From NCBI GenBank assembly GCA_010015805.1, contig ML978123.1, forward strand, positions 1,674,001 through 1,738,000: a DNA stretch of 64,000 nucleotides, written 5' to 3'. Both the position numbers and the translations under genes were made by a program. A model generated the notes under the pieces. The model was given only the letters and a program-made list of their open reading frames with translations, was not told where the DNA came from and did no database searches. Position 1 is the first letter of the stretch, and every line of letters begins with the position of its first letter. Shown here one piece after another: positions 37,101 to 48,463 of the stretch. This DNA is from Rhizodiscina lignyota. Its lineage: Eukaryota.

Positions 37101-37282
37101 GGCTAGTGCATCTGCACCGCACTATACAGCTTGAGGAAAGTATACCCTACATTGAGGCAACCCTCCCATTCCAGGGCTGACTATATATACAGCTTTCCGG
37201 CCAGAGGAAGAAGGAAGAGACCGGGGATAGCAGCACCATGGCTGCGACTTTTGCGGGGCTTCGGACACCGTACTGGGGTTGA
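34113..37282 (+). CDS. COPII coat Sec24-family protein (Sec24C/D, Sfb3/Lst1-like)
   Basis: Low-complexity P/Q/G N-terminus, DQGNSSPRF.R, zinc finger PPRCNRCRAYINPF..CNMC, RPELTLGTVEF, vWA trunk FLIDVT, GQLVLPENLK and gelsolin-like domain. Intron 35905-35954; last exon 37193-37282. Confidence 0.93.
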
Positions 37283-37555
37283 GCGTTGAACAGCCGTTTT
37301 GGAGTACTTAGCATCTGTTGGCATGAGCGATATGATATCAAAACCGCGCTGCTTTACATATTAAGCCAGCTCTCTACCTCCATAATTTTGTTCCCTCAAA
37401 TCCCTGCCTTTCTGTGATTGGTCGAAGATTGCTCTTGGCACCTCGGCACGGAAGATCGAAACGCCGCGCACATCGTCGCTTAATTTCGACTTCGAACATC
37501 AGCCTTCAAAGTTTGCGACAGCAAAGGCATTTGACAACAACAGCCACTTGCCAAA

Positions 37556-38201
37556 ATGCCTACCAGATACACGAAGACGCGGAAACAGTAAGTGCCAAGT
37601 GCCCCTCTTCCTATTGCTCGATCATGCGGCCCAATTCATTGCATCGCGCAAACGCTCTTCGAGCAAACTCGCGCATCCAAACTTCACCCAGAAGAGGAAT
37701 TTCGATAACTAACATTATCACCACAGCCGCGGCCACGTCTCCGCCGGTCATGGACGTGTAGGCAAGCACAGAAAGCACCCCGGTGGTCGTGGTATGGCTG
37801 GTGGCCAGCACCACCACCGCACGAACGTCGACAAGTACCATCCGGGTTTCTTTGGCAAAGTCGGCATGCGATACTTCCACAAGCTGCAGAACCAATTCTG
37901 GAAGCCAGTCATCAACCTCGACAAGGTACGTTTCTATTTTATCTACGGCGTTCTATTGGTACTGACGAAGGTGGTGCCACAGCTCTGGTCCCTCGTCCCC
38001 GTCGAGAAGCGTGACGAATACCTCAAGAACAAATCCGCAGACAAAGCTCCCGTCCTTGACCTCCTCCCAATGGGCTACTCCAAGGTCCTCGGCAAGGGCC
38101 GCATCCCCGAAGTCCCGATAATTGTTCGCGCACGGTACTTCTCGAAGGACGCCGAGAAGAAGATCAAGGAGGCTGGTGGCATCGTTCAGCTGGTTGCATA
38201 A
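37556..38201 (+). CDS. RPL28: 60S ribosomal protein uL15 (L28/L27a)
   Basis: [60 protein letters not shown]...KVLGKG...[10 protein letters not shown]. Introns ~37588-37725 and ~37926-37982. Confidence 0.97.
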
Positions 38202-38920
38202 ACATTCTGTTCGCTTCACGGGTCCTGATAACAACCGGCGCGCTTGGGGTTACATATGCATTGCATGGAAAAGTATGAAGGGAGGCCGAGACCGGCGACT
38301 CAGCGTGGTAGCTGAGGAATGCGACTTGTTTCTGAGATAGAAGAATACAAGCCATTCCTGAACAAACCGATTCCCGACATGTAAGCGTGGCATGTCGAAT
38401 AAGACACTGCCGCAGAACAAGATATTCCTCCCCTGCAAACAAGGAGCGAGTTATAAGGTAGGTTTACTGTAAGAATGCGCGCCTTCACTTGAATTCTTTG
38501 TTCCACGCCTGGAGTAGGAAACATTATAATTCTTCCCGAAGCTCACCGTTAGTGCTTTTACCATCCCCGAGCCACCCTCAATGACCAACCCACCTCGATT
38601 TCTGTACCGCAGGCTCAGTGTAGCCCGTGGACAAGTCAATGACAAGGAAGCCAAGGAATGGCAGGTTTGATATGAGTTTTGTGACGGCAACGAAGAGCGA
38701 TCAGTTGCGCGCGAGGTGAGAAGTTTGCATTTGTGGTGGTTTGGAGACATGCTCCAATAAGGCTAGCACACTGAGGCTCTGGAATTTCCATTAAATTAAT
38801 CTATTCCGTAATGTTTCGTGAATAAGAACGCCATTGACCCATCGTGAAACCTTGATATTTCCACCATCTTGCTCGTGCCGCCTTCCTCTGTTACGCATAC
38901 GCGGCTTGCGCCAGTGTGAC

Positions 38921-39691
38921 CTACTTCTGGTACACAATCTTGCGAATAGCTTCCTGCTTCTGCGCGAGCGCCTTCTCCCTACGTTTCTCTATCGGAGCAC
39001 CAGTCTTCGGGGTCGAAATCCACCAGTGGGGCTCCAAGAGTTCGAATTGCTCCAGATTACGGAACTGGTCCAGCTGCATAGGGACCATGTCGGCCGTGAG
39101 CGCATAATCTTTCTTCGTAACCTGGATCTTGACACCCTTCAGCGTGCGGTAATCCTTCCCCACCTTCACCAACTTCTTCAGGCTCTCTTCCCTCCACTGG
39201 GCCGCCCAGAAGCACACGCGCGTTTCGGTGTAGTCGCAGAGGAAGTCCCGCAGGACGATGCGTGAGATGTGGCGCAGCGTGTCGCTGAAGAGGTCCATGA
39301 ACCACTCGAGGTCGTAGATGCTGACTGAGAGCATACGAGTCCCGAATACGAAGTGAAGCACTTCGCTGCGTGTCTGGCGGTCGACATGGCTGATACGAAT
39401 GATGTTGAGGTGGTGGTTGGTCGGTATGTGCCTGCGGTGTGTGACGACTATGGTGTTCTCGATCAACCCAGCGTACTCATAGATCTTATAGCGAACATCT
39501 TTGGGGAGCTTGAAAATGGGGAATGGGCCTGGGGTTGGTAGTCTTGGTGCCGCTCGAGGCTCCGGGTGTAATTTTCTCGTATGGCCTGGTTGCTTCGTGA
39601 TAGTTGTGTTTGGATATCTTCCACCTGGAGTGTTCTTCTTGACGACGCCGGTACGAGGACGTCCTCCTGCGACTGATTGAGGCGGTCCCAT
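38921..39691 (-). CDS. Hypothetical fungal protein with an F-box-like (2EXR/DUF7730-type) motif
   Basis: Long ORF containing FPIFKLPKDVRYKIYEY followed by RQTRSEVLHFVFG. Start uncertain (39691 chosen). Confidence 0.6.
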   Translation of the reverse strand: MGPPQSVAGGRPRTGVVKKNTPGGRYPNTTITKQPGHTRKLHPEPRAAPRLPTPGPFPIFKLPKDVRYKIYEYAGLIENTIVVTHRRHIPTNHHLNIIRISHVDRQTRSEVLHFVFGTRMLSVSIYDLEWFMDLFSDTLRHISRIVLRDFLCDYTETRVCFWAAQWREESLKKLVKVGKDYRTLKGVKIQVTKKDYALTADMVPMQLDQFRNLEQFELLEPHWWISTPKTGAPIEKRREKALAQKQEAIRKIVYQK

Positions 39692-40374
39692 TGTTGACCG
39701 GAGAGGGCGGAATACAGGATTGCGGCTGAGAAATTGAAAAGGGTTCCGAAGGAAGGGTGTTGCACTAAGATCGAACGTAAACAACATGATGAAGGTGTTG
39801 AGAAATGATCCCACGGCAACACATGCCTCGAAATCTGGCCGACTCCACTAGATCACGGACTGCCTGTGTTGAAATTCAAGAGATAACGACGTGGAGAAGA
39901 AGACGCAGCTTTGAGCTCTTGAGGAAGTTAGTAAAGATCTTGTGTTTTATAAGAGGTTGATTAGAGTCGTGAACCTGGTGAGCCCGGCCACGAATTGAGG
40001 TTCGGTGAAACAGTGGGAATTGTCACTGCGAACACTGGGAGAGGAAGGAATTGCAAAAGCCTATTAGGCACCTATCTGCCTGTGAGGTAGATGACCATCT
40101 CCAAGCTTCTAACTTTTACTTCATTCAGGAGAGGTCTCCCAAGCTCTTCGAAGACTTCACTCGCACCTCGTTTATAGCGCATCGTAGTAGCGCGTCAGCT
40201 TTCATGTTTCTCGCCTCCCAGCTCTACTCAGGCAGATGACACAAGATTACTTCACACAGAAACAATAGATTCGTAGCCAAATGGAACTGGAAATGTCTGG
40301 CACGAGCTCGACTGAAAATGACGGTCTAATACTTACAGACGGACGCCTCTATGTACAATGCTTCAGGCTCCGAG

Positions 40375-41409
40375 TTATAAAGCGCCATCTGTTCTCAGCT
40401 TCTCATTTCCCCATGGCTCGCCCGTCAAGTTTGTTAAGCCCTTCGAGTTCTCGCATGTATTCCTCCCGCTCAATGGACCTGGCGTTGGCACCTTCACACC
40501 CTGCGCTGTGTAACTCCTTCCTTGCTCATTGATCTCGCTTCCACTCTTCACATTTCTGTCCTCACCCGTGATCGCTCCTTTGCCTGCCTCACCAGCCATA
40601 CCCGCCGCGCCTCCTCCAGCACCAGTCGCCTCGGCCGCGTGTTGTAATGCCTTGAGAAGCGAGATGGTGGTGTCATAGGTGAGGTCTTCGTAGTAGTCGT
40701 CGTTGATTTGGACCATTGGTGCATTGACGCATGCACCGAGGCATTCGACTTCTGAAAAGGTAAACAGTCCGTCTTTGGTGGTCTGGCCCGGTTGAATGTC
40801 AAGATGGTCTGATATAGCTTTCATGACGGCGTCCGAGTCGCGGAGCATGCATGGGGTCTGCCAAAAATTCGCGACCATCAGCTTAACACGATAAACAGCT
40901 TTTCTTCTAGGTATCATACCGTTGTGCAACACTGGACATGATACCTGCCCACTGGAGTGCGGTTATACATGGTGTAGAACGTCGCAACCTCGTACACCCG
41001 CATCGGTGGCATCTCTAGTATTCGAGCCACCTCATTCATCACGCTGATGCTTGTGAAGCCATGCTGCCGCTGTCCGAGGTCAAGGAGCGGCATCACTGCC
41101 GCCTTCTTATACTGTGAGGGGTACCGTGCCACGATCTCCTTGATGAGCTGTTCATTCTGTGCGTTGAACTTGAATGGGATGGAAGGGTTGTTATCCGCAC
41201 TATCGCGATGCTACAGAAGATTAACATTAGTTATACTTCCAAGGTATAATGTATCACAGAGCAGCTGTGGAAAGGAAACGCACCACATTGAGATTGTCAC
41301 TTCTCCTCCATTGTGTCGTAGAGAAGGCTCTTATGGGTGTGGAGCGCTTTGCAGGAGCAATGGCTCGTGAGATATGAGCTATTCTGAAAGGATTGAGCTT
41401 TGATGCCAT
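40375..41409 (-). CDS. NUO-24: NADH:ubiquinone oxidoreductase 24-kDa subunit (NDUFV2/NuoE homolog)
   Basis: Mitochondrial presequence, [45 protein letters not shown]; 2Fe-2S ligands CTT|TPC and [11 protein letters not shown]. Two introns. Confidence 0.96.
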
Positions 41410-41974
41410 CCTGTTTGTGGAGATGAGAGCACACTGCTGCGACGAGACGGTGATGAGTTGATGTTGATGGCTTCCAATTGCGCGAGAACTTCGGGAATTG
41501 TGGCCAATCAGCGTCTATGTATTAGAGCTAGAAAGTCCAGTGCCTGAACAAGCATTATGGAGTAATCCCTGTCGAATTCTCTTATTTCTGATTTTGAAGA
41601 TAGATTTCTACATAGTATGTCGATCAATTTATACATATCTCGGAACTTTCAGTTTCGTTCGGTTCTCTGGGGGTTCCTCGACGACCGACTCCTAACCGTA
41701 CGATAAGTATTTGGTCGGGCCGGCCCCACTGAGAGCAAAGACGTGCAGAAATAGTTTTCAAGAGCTACTTTCCTCTCTTCTGTGTTTAATCTTTCAATTT
41801 CATAATCTATCTCCTCTGATGTTTATATAGAGTGGGTCTTGCAGGTCGACTCCGTCTAAGCGCCCTTGCCGAATCAGCATCTTGTTTTTCGATTGACAAC
41901 GTCGAAGCGATATTTGAACTTGTTTTTAACGTTACGATTCTCCATTGAATTAAATTTTAGGACAATCTGCAAGT

Positions 41975-43338
41975 ATGCGTTTTTTACTTGTACTGAGCTT
42001 ATTGGCTCTTGTAAGCTGCGTTGCAGGGAATGAGCTATGTCAAGGGTGCCGGCCAGTCGAATATACAATATCTCCTGGTGAGCAGAGCCAGATGCACAGC
42101 GGTAGTTATCTCGGTTACTAATCTTCATCAGGAATCGGCATAGATCTCACAATGGATTATGGGTAATCCAATTGAGCCAAGTTCCGTTTATTTCGCTGAT
42201 GAAGTCTTAAGGACGGTATCTGTTCAACTCCGCAATGGAACCTACGTCGACCTTGGGAAGATCGAAGGATCCCACGCATACCTGGCACTCATGAAGCAAT
42301 TCGCTGAGGATGCTTCAAGTGTGGCTCGAAATGAGCCTCCTATAATGTTAGTCATCTGGCTATCACGCGATGCTCTTCGCTCTAAACGCTGAGACATTTA
42401 GACCACCCCTCAACTTCGATCGTCCGGCTCCTGCGTATGATCCTCGGTGGCCAGACGCATATCAGTCGCTTGGCACAATTCCAAAAATGATCAAGATGGC
42501 AATGAAGCCATTCCAGTCGTTCCTCCAAGACGCTAATACCGTCGTTGAGCGACCTCTTCCGCCTGCGGACGTCCATACAAAGCCTCTCTTAGACATGGTC
42601 ACATCTCTCACACAGAAAGCAAAATTTGCTTATCCGGATACTGCAGACTTTGTCTTTTTTGGTACCCCTGACACACTCCGCATTGATACATCGATAGTGC
42701 CTCGGCTTCGGCTTGCATGTCGTCTGGCTGGATTCGAAGAATGGGGGCGTAATGTCGGCTCCTCGATGCTAGCTGTCTCAGACTACTTCCAATTTGCACA
42801 CGAGTCTAATGAGGATGACTTCTCGCTTCAGAAACAAGCGCGAGCTCTCGTCATTCAGCATACTCAAGCAGCACTGAGTCTTGCCATAATCACAACCGAT
42901 GATGGAAAAGTGCACGAACTTAGCAAGACTGCCTCGTATGTCAAGCCGCCTAATGATCCGAGCAATCCCACGGATAGGAAGAAATTCGCTCAAAATGCTC
43001 CAAACGCAATCAGAGAATTCCTCAAAAAGGACAACGAAAAGAAACAGAACTTCGACCTCGAATTCGATGACGTATTTCTTCTTGGAGACCAGGCATCGCA
43101 GCCGGAATTCATAGAGGCGATAGAGAAGGTATTCCATTCAGAGGAAAGCAACAAGAAGAAATCTAGGATTCGTACGCTTGACACGAAAGAGAGCACTTTT
43201 GCATCTGCCAGGGGTGCCGCGAGGCTAGCAAGGTTTGGGTTGCTGAATGCATTCAATGGTTGCGTTCCAAATGATGGATGTCCCTCGCCACCGGAGGACG
43301 AAAGCGAAGACATATCGAGCGACAAATCAGAACTGTGA
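41975..43338 (+). CDS. Secretory-pathway actin/Hsp70-fold (NBD-like) protein with C-terminal KSEL
   Basis: Hand-spliced exons 41975-42077, 42132-42162, ~42212-42346 and ~42402-43338 give MRFLLVLSLLALVSCVAG...GIGIDLTMDYGTVSV...FDDVFLLGDQASQPEFIEAIEKVF...FASARGAARLA...KSEL*. Confidence 0.65.
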
Positions 43339-43421
43339 ACTCTCAACTATTTAAATTGATTTCAGGAAGTCGAGTTTAGCGCAAATCTTAGCGTGTGTGG
43401 AAAAGAAGTAAATTCAGACGC

Positions 43422-44830
43422 TCACGCATTCTTCCGCGTCCAGCCACCTTCCTTCTCAAACAGCGGTCCGATTGTCTTTGCAACATGGACAACGTTTTGG
43501 TCCGTATAGCGTGGGGAAACAAGGCTTAGTCCGATCGGCAAGCCATTCTCGCCCGCGAAACCCGGAATGTTCAGCATCGGCGCGTGCAGAAGCGTCCACA
43601 TGGAGCAAAAAGACTACAGCCACCCAGTAAGCATAGAAAGAGCAGCGTGGTTGGAGAACTTACAGCGTCGCCCGTATTATCTAGGCCTTTTGGCGCTTCA
43701 TCAACTGCTGAGGGCGTTAAGACGGCATCATACTTGCTTGCAATGTCGTCCCAGACCGGTCTCAGCTTTGCAGAGCCATCGTACGCTTCAAGCTGCGCTT
43801 TCCTCGAGACATTTTTCTTGTTCTCGACGTGACCTTGCATGATGTCGTGCAACAGGTCCTTACTCAGTGTATATGCTCCCAAAAATGACGTTCTCCCTTC
43901 TCCTGCAAGCACAGCCTCATGCCATGGTACGAAGTTTGCAAATTCTTCGGGCAAGTCAATCTCCTCCACGGTGGCACCCTCCTTCGTCAGAATATCTTTT
44001 GCCTTCTCCCACGCATTCTTAGTTCCAGGTCCTGCCTTTGGCCACACATGTGTCTTGATGAACGCGATCTTTGACCCCTTTACGGAGAACGGCTCGCTCG
44101 GTACAGGCTTGTCGTCTTTGAGCTGGAAGACTTGCGACAGGAGCTCCAAGTCTTCGGGCGAACGTGAATATAGGCCGAGAGTATCACAAGTCATAGAGTA
44201 TTGCGCCAATCCCTCTCGTGATATCGCTCCCCAAGTTGGCTTGAATGCATAGATGCCATTAAACGAGCCTGGCCGAATCGTACTTCCACCAGTCTGCGTT
44301 CCTAGTGAAAGCGGAACCTGGAAATCTCCACACGATGCTCCCGAGCCTGAAGAAGACCCACCAGGTGTTCGTCCGGGATCGTGCGCACAAGATGTAAGGT
44401 TTTGATGCACATCACCCTGGCTACACGCCGCGAACTCTGTCGTCGTCGTCTTACCAAAGATCAGTGCTCCGTTCGCGCGCAGCGTCATGATGTTCCCCGC
44501 GTCGACTGTGCTTGGCTGATTCGACACGAAGATCGGTGAGTTATGCTGTGTCGGCATGTCCTTGGTGAGAATGACGTCCTTGACTCCGACAGCGACACCA
44601 TGTAGAGGCCCTCTCTTTTCTGGCGCGATTGCGTCGAGCTCGCGAGCGCGAGCGAGCACCAAATGTGGATTCAGATATGCCCAAGCATTGACTTCGGAGT
44701 CACGCTGTTTGATCCGGGAAAGAAGGGATTTGGCATAGTCTTCTACTGTCATGTCCCCGTTACGCATCAGCGTAGCAGCTTCGCTGGCAGTAAGCCGCCA
44801 TGGCTCGGTTGGTACTGTCATTGAGCCCAT
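43422..44830 (-). CDS. Amidase-signature family amidase (malonamidase E2-like)
   Basis: GPLHGVAVGVKD (Lys), GKTTTTEFA, TPGGSSSGS (cis-Ser) and LGTQTGGSTIRP (Ser). Intron ~43663-43615; last exon SFCSMWTLLHAP...GLPIGLSLV. Confidence 0.92.
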
Positions 44831-46306
44831 GTTTATTTAGAATCCCTTTCAATGTTCGTTGACTGTGGAATAGTAGATCTCTTGCTGCGGATCCTGATAT
44901 CTCTGGTACCAGATCCGAAGGACTGCTGTTATATGTATCCGTACGCGGAGCGGACGACAATAGCGTACGATATCGGCAATTACCTAATTCGGCTAAGACG
45001 CTTTGAGTATATCTCTACTGCCTCAGGATCTAAGACTTTGTCGAATACCAGTGGTGCAAAGCTTATCAATATATTATTCCCTCTGGCGTGAGGGTTGCCG
45101 ACTTCCGAGTTCGGGGGATGGCCGAAGATAGAGTGGCTAACTTGACAGAGGGGAAAGCTAGCAATTGACAAACTCTTACGTACTACACCATCAGGTCGAC
45201 AGTTTGGACCTAACTTCGACGACAGAGCGTCTGCTCCTGCAGTGACTATTCTGAAATGGACCCCTTTTGTTCGAGAGGAGGTCAAAGACGGCGGAAAATG
45301 TCGCTCCGTTGGGATCAGGTGACTTCCAAGTCCGACGCTTCGAGAAGCGTTTGATTGCTCTCTTTTTGACCATCGCCAGCTCCTTCAGAGGGCTTCTTCT
45401 GGGGATAGCGAAAATTCGGTAAAATCTCTGTCGAGGAACTCACATCAACAGTGGAAGGGATGGAAGGAACTTAAAGGTTGCATTCAGGTAAGGAGCGGCA
45501 ATAGAACTGCCTAATCTTATCATCTAATCTGATCATCTCGCCTAATCAAACCCCTTGTTTAGCGTCAGCGCACGTTTTCACTTCCTCTAACCTGGAAAGA
45601 GCGCTCATCCGTCCACTGGCAGCACTTCAAGACCGAGTTGGTGATCAGCATCGCATGTCCAATTAGCAAGGGAGTCTGCATTGCTGGGACGTCAGTGAAG
45701 AGAGGATTTTCACGTCGCGCAACCGCACTTCGATCCTTCGGCCACCAGTCTAAACGCCGACTTGTCATTCGATGGACTGAAGATGCGCTCAAGGTCTTCT
45801 GCGTCTCATTGTACGGCAGAATTTATCGGCCAGAATCTCTAAGTGTTCCGGCTCTCGAGGGTGAGAAATTAGCTGCCCCGATGGATGCTGGAACAGCACA
45901 CGACAGTGAATTTCTGGTCTTCAGCTTTGGCAGGAGCTCGGCGCGAGATATCTTGGCCAGTATTCATCGAGGCCCGACGACCGTAAGAAACTCAATTTGT
46001 TTTTATCGAACTGACTATGCACTTCAACCGGTCGATGTATTCTAGCTATAGCTCTCCAGCCACTGCCTTGAACACGCCACATGCTTGGGTGAGCTTGTCC
46101 CTGCTGGTGTCTCTTGGCCAACCCACTCCTCTCCTCATTCGAACATTTGGCCGATCACTAGAGCTGAGGTTGCATTGCACGCGGGAATTAGAAGAATTAT
46201 AGTACTAGCTTATTGAATCATTCCGCTCTTCCTGGCTACCAACGATGGAACCATCTTTAGGCGCACCATTTCAGACCCACCATTGGCAAACTTTTCTCTC
46301 TTCCGT

Positions 46307-46341
46307 CCAATATAAAGATCTGATAAGACTTGATCTGATAA
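46307..46341 (+). promoter_or_regulatory. CCAAT + TATA + two tandem ATCTGATAA (SreA/SRE-type GATA) boxes upstream of the siderophore transporter
   Basis: CCAAT at 46307-46311, TATAAA at 46311-46316, ATCTGATAA at 46318-46326 and 46333-46341, about 90 nt before the ATG at 46428. Confidence 0.7.
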
Positions 46342-46427
46342 ATGCGAAGGTGTTCTCCTCCTTTTCAATATAGTTGTATTTGTCGTTTTGGAGTCCTGAA
46401 TCACTCTGTATTTCCTGTCTCAGAGCC

Positions 46428-48463
46428 ATGGCTTTTAATATGCGCCACCTGGTCTCAAAAGTCCCTTTCGCAGGCTCTCAAGCGATCAGTGGGAACGAGA
46501 AAACTGACGAACAGCATCCACAAAATATCGATCTCGAAGGGAAACAAGCCGGAGATGTAACTGCTGATACGGAAAGCCAATATGGCCCATCTGTTGAGGA
46601 GACTCCAAGCGAAGACGCACAGGAAGGTGTCCAACAGGTCGAGGCAGTCACCCTCGTTTGGACGAAGCAAGCTTTAATTTTCGCGTACCTCTGGTATGTC
46701 GTCAAATGTGCTTTCGAACGCGTCCTTTAAACCATGTTGACGAGCAATACAGTATCTTCTTGGTCTTCTTCATCAACTCGCTCCAGCAGCAGACATCGAA
46801 CAGTTTGACGCCATATGTCATCAGCGACTTTGAATTACATTCTTTGATTCCGGTCACTGGTATTATTTCTAACATCATGGCTGGGGTGATCAAGCTCCCT
46901 GTTGCCAAAGTACTCGATTTGTGGGGCAGGTCTGAAGGCTTCGCAATCATGACCGCACTGTGCACTCTTGGCCTGATTCTCATGGCCGTGTGCGATAATG
47001 TGGAAACTTATGCGGCCGCTCAGGTCAGCCTTCCGCACTGAAATGGAAAAATCGGACTGCGAGCTAACGGGATCGGCAGGTTTTCTACTGGATTGGCGTT
47101 GACGGCATGCAATATGTCCTCGATGTCGTGATCGCAGACACGTCCTCGCTCAAGAACCGTTCGATCGCATTTGCGTTCTCAACCTCGCCATACATCGCCA
47201 CAACTTTTGCGGGCCCAGCGGCAGCACAGAGCTTCTTGAGGAACAGCACATGGCGATGGGCATTTGGAACGTATTCGATTGTGATTCCTGTTGTCGCTCT
47301 CCCAATCTTCAGCGTACTTCTGCTGAACCAGAGGAAAGCGAAGAAATTGGGTGTCCTTCAGAAGGAGAGGAGCGGCCGTACTGCATTTCAGAGCATTTGG
47401 CATTATGCTGTTGAGTTCGATGGTAAGGCTTTGGATTCCGCATTGGAAATTTGATTGATGGAACGCTGACAGAATGTAGCACTGGGTGTCTTCTTGATCG
47501 TTGCAGGCCTCGTCCTCTTCCTCCTACCATTCTCCCTTGCAGGATATCAAACAGATCAATGGCGCTCCGCAAAGATCATCGTCATGCTTGTCATTGGTGT
47601 CGTCGTCCTGATCGCCTTCGCTCTTCATGAGCGCTTTCTTGCACGCAAGCCGTTCATTCCTTTCCATCTGCTGGTTGACCGCTCAGTGCTTGGTGCTAAC
47701 TTGCTTTCGGGAACGTTGTTCATCGCATTCTATTGCTGGGACGGCTACTTCACATCATACCTGCAAGTAGTGAACGGCCTCTCCGTCTCGGACGCGGGCT
47801 ACGTCGCCAACACCTATAGCATCGGCTCCTGCTTCTGGGCATTCGTCGTTGCATATTTTATCCGCCTCACCGGTCGTTTCAAGTGGCTAGCGTGGATCGG
47901 AATGGTCCTTCAGATCCTTGGTGGAGGACTCATGATCCATTTTAGGCAGCCAGACACTCCTATCGGTTTCGTCGTTATGTGTCAAATTTTCATCGCATTT
48001 GGTGGAGGCACTCTGGTTATCTGCGAACAAATGGCAGCAATGGTAAATTTCATCTCAATCCGATCATGAGCAACTTGCTTACTGACTTATTTAGGCTGCT
48101 GTTTCGCACGGCGAGATCGCAGCTATTCTTGCCATCTTGGGCATGTTCGCGTCCATCGGTGGCGCTATTGGGTCATCCGTGTCTGGTGCGATATGGACGA
48201 ACACGTTGCCGGGCGAACTGATGAAGAGACTCCCCGCAGATGCGATAGATGACTTCGCAACGATATATGGAGACCTCACGACACAACTGAGCTATCCGAA
48301 AGGCACTCCAGTACGGGATGCGGTGATTGGGGCTTATGGAGTCGCGCAGCAGAGAATGTGCATTGCAGGGACTGCGATTTTAGTGCTGGGATTCGTTTGG
48401 ATCGCCATGTGGAAGGACTACAAGGTGTCGGAGATGCGGCAGGTCAAGGGCAGAGTCTTCTAG
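46428..48463 (+). CDS. Siderophore iron transporter (SIT/ARN family, MirB-like)
   Basis: DAQEGVQQVEAVTLVW, PYV.SDF..HSL, LP.AK.LDLWGR.EG, YAAAQ, ADTSSLKNR, WRWAFG, EFD, IGGAIG..VSGAIWTNTLP, IYGDL..QLSY..GTPVRDA...AY and QVKGRVF*. Four introns. Confidence 0.93.

Noticed and set aside
38891..38921. Possible readthrough past the TAG of the F-box-like gene
   Set aside because: Only 9 codons to the next stop, with no leaky context or targeting signal.
41830..41870. GGTCGACTCC resembling a tRNA B-box
   Set aside because: No acceptor or anticodon stems.
46307..46326. HapX bipartite CSAAT-N12-RWT site
   Set aside because: The triplet at the required spacing is TAA, which does not fit RWT.
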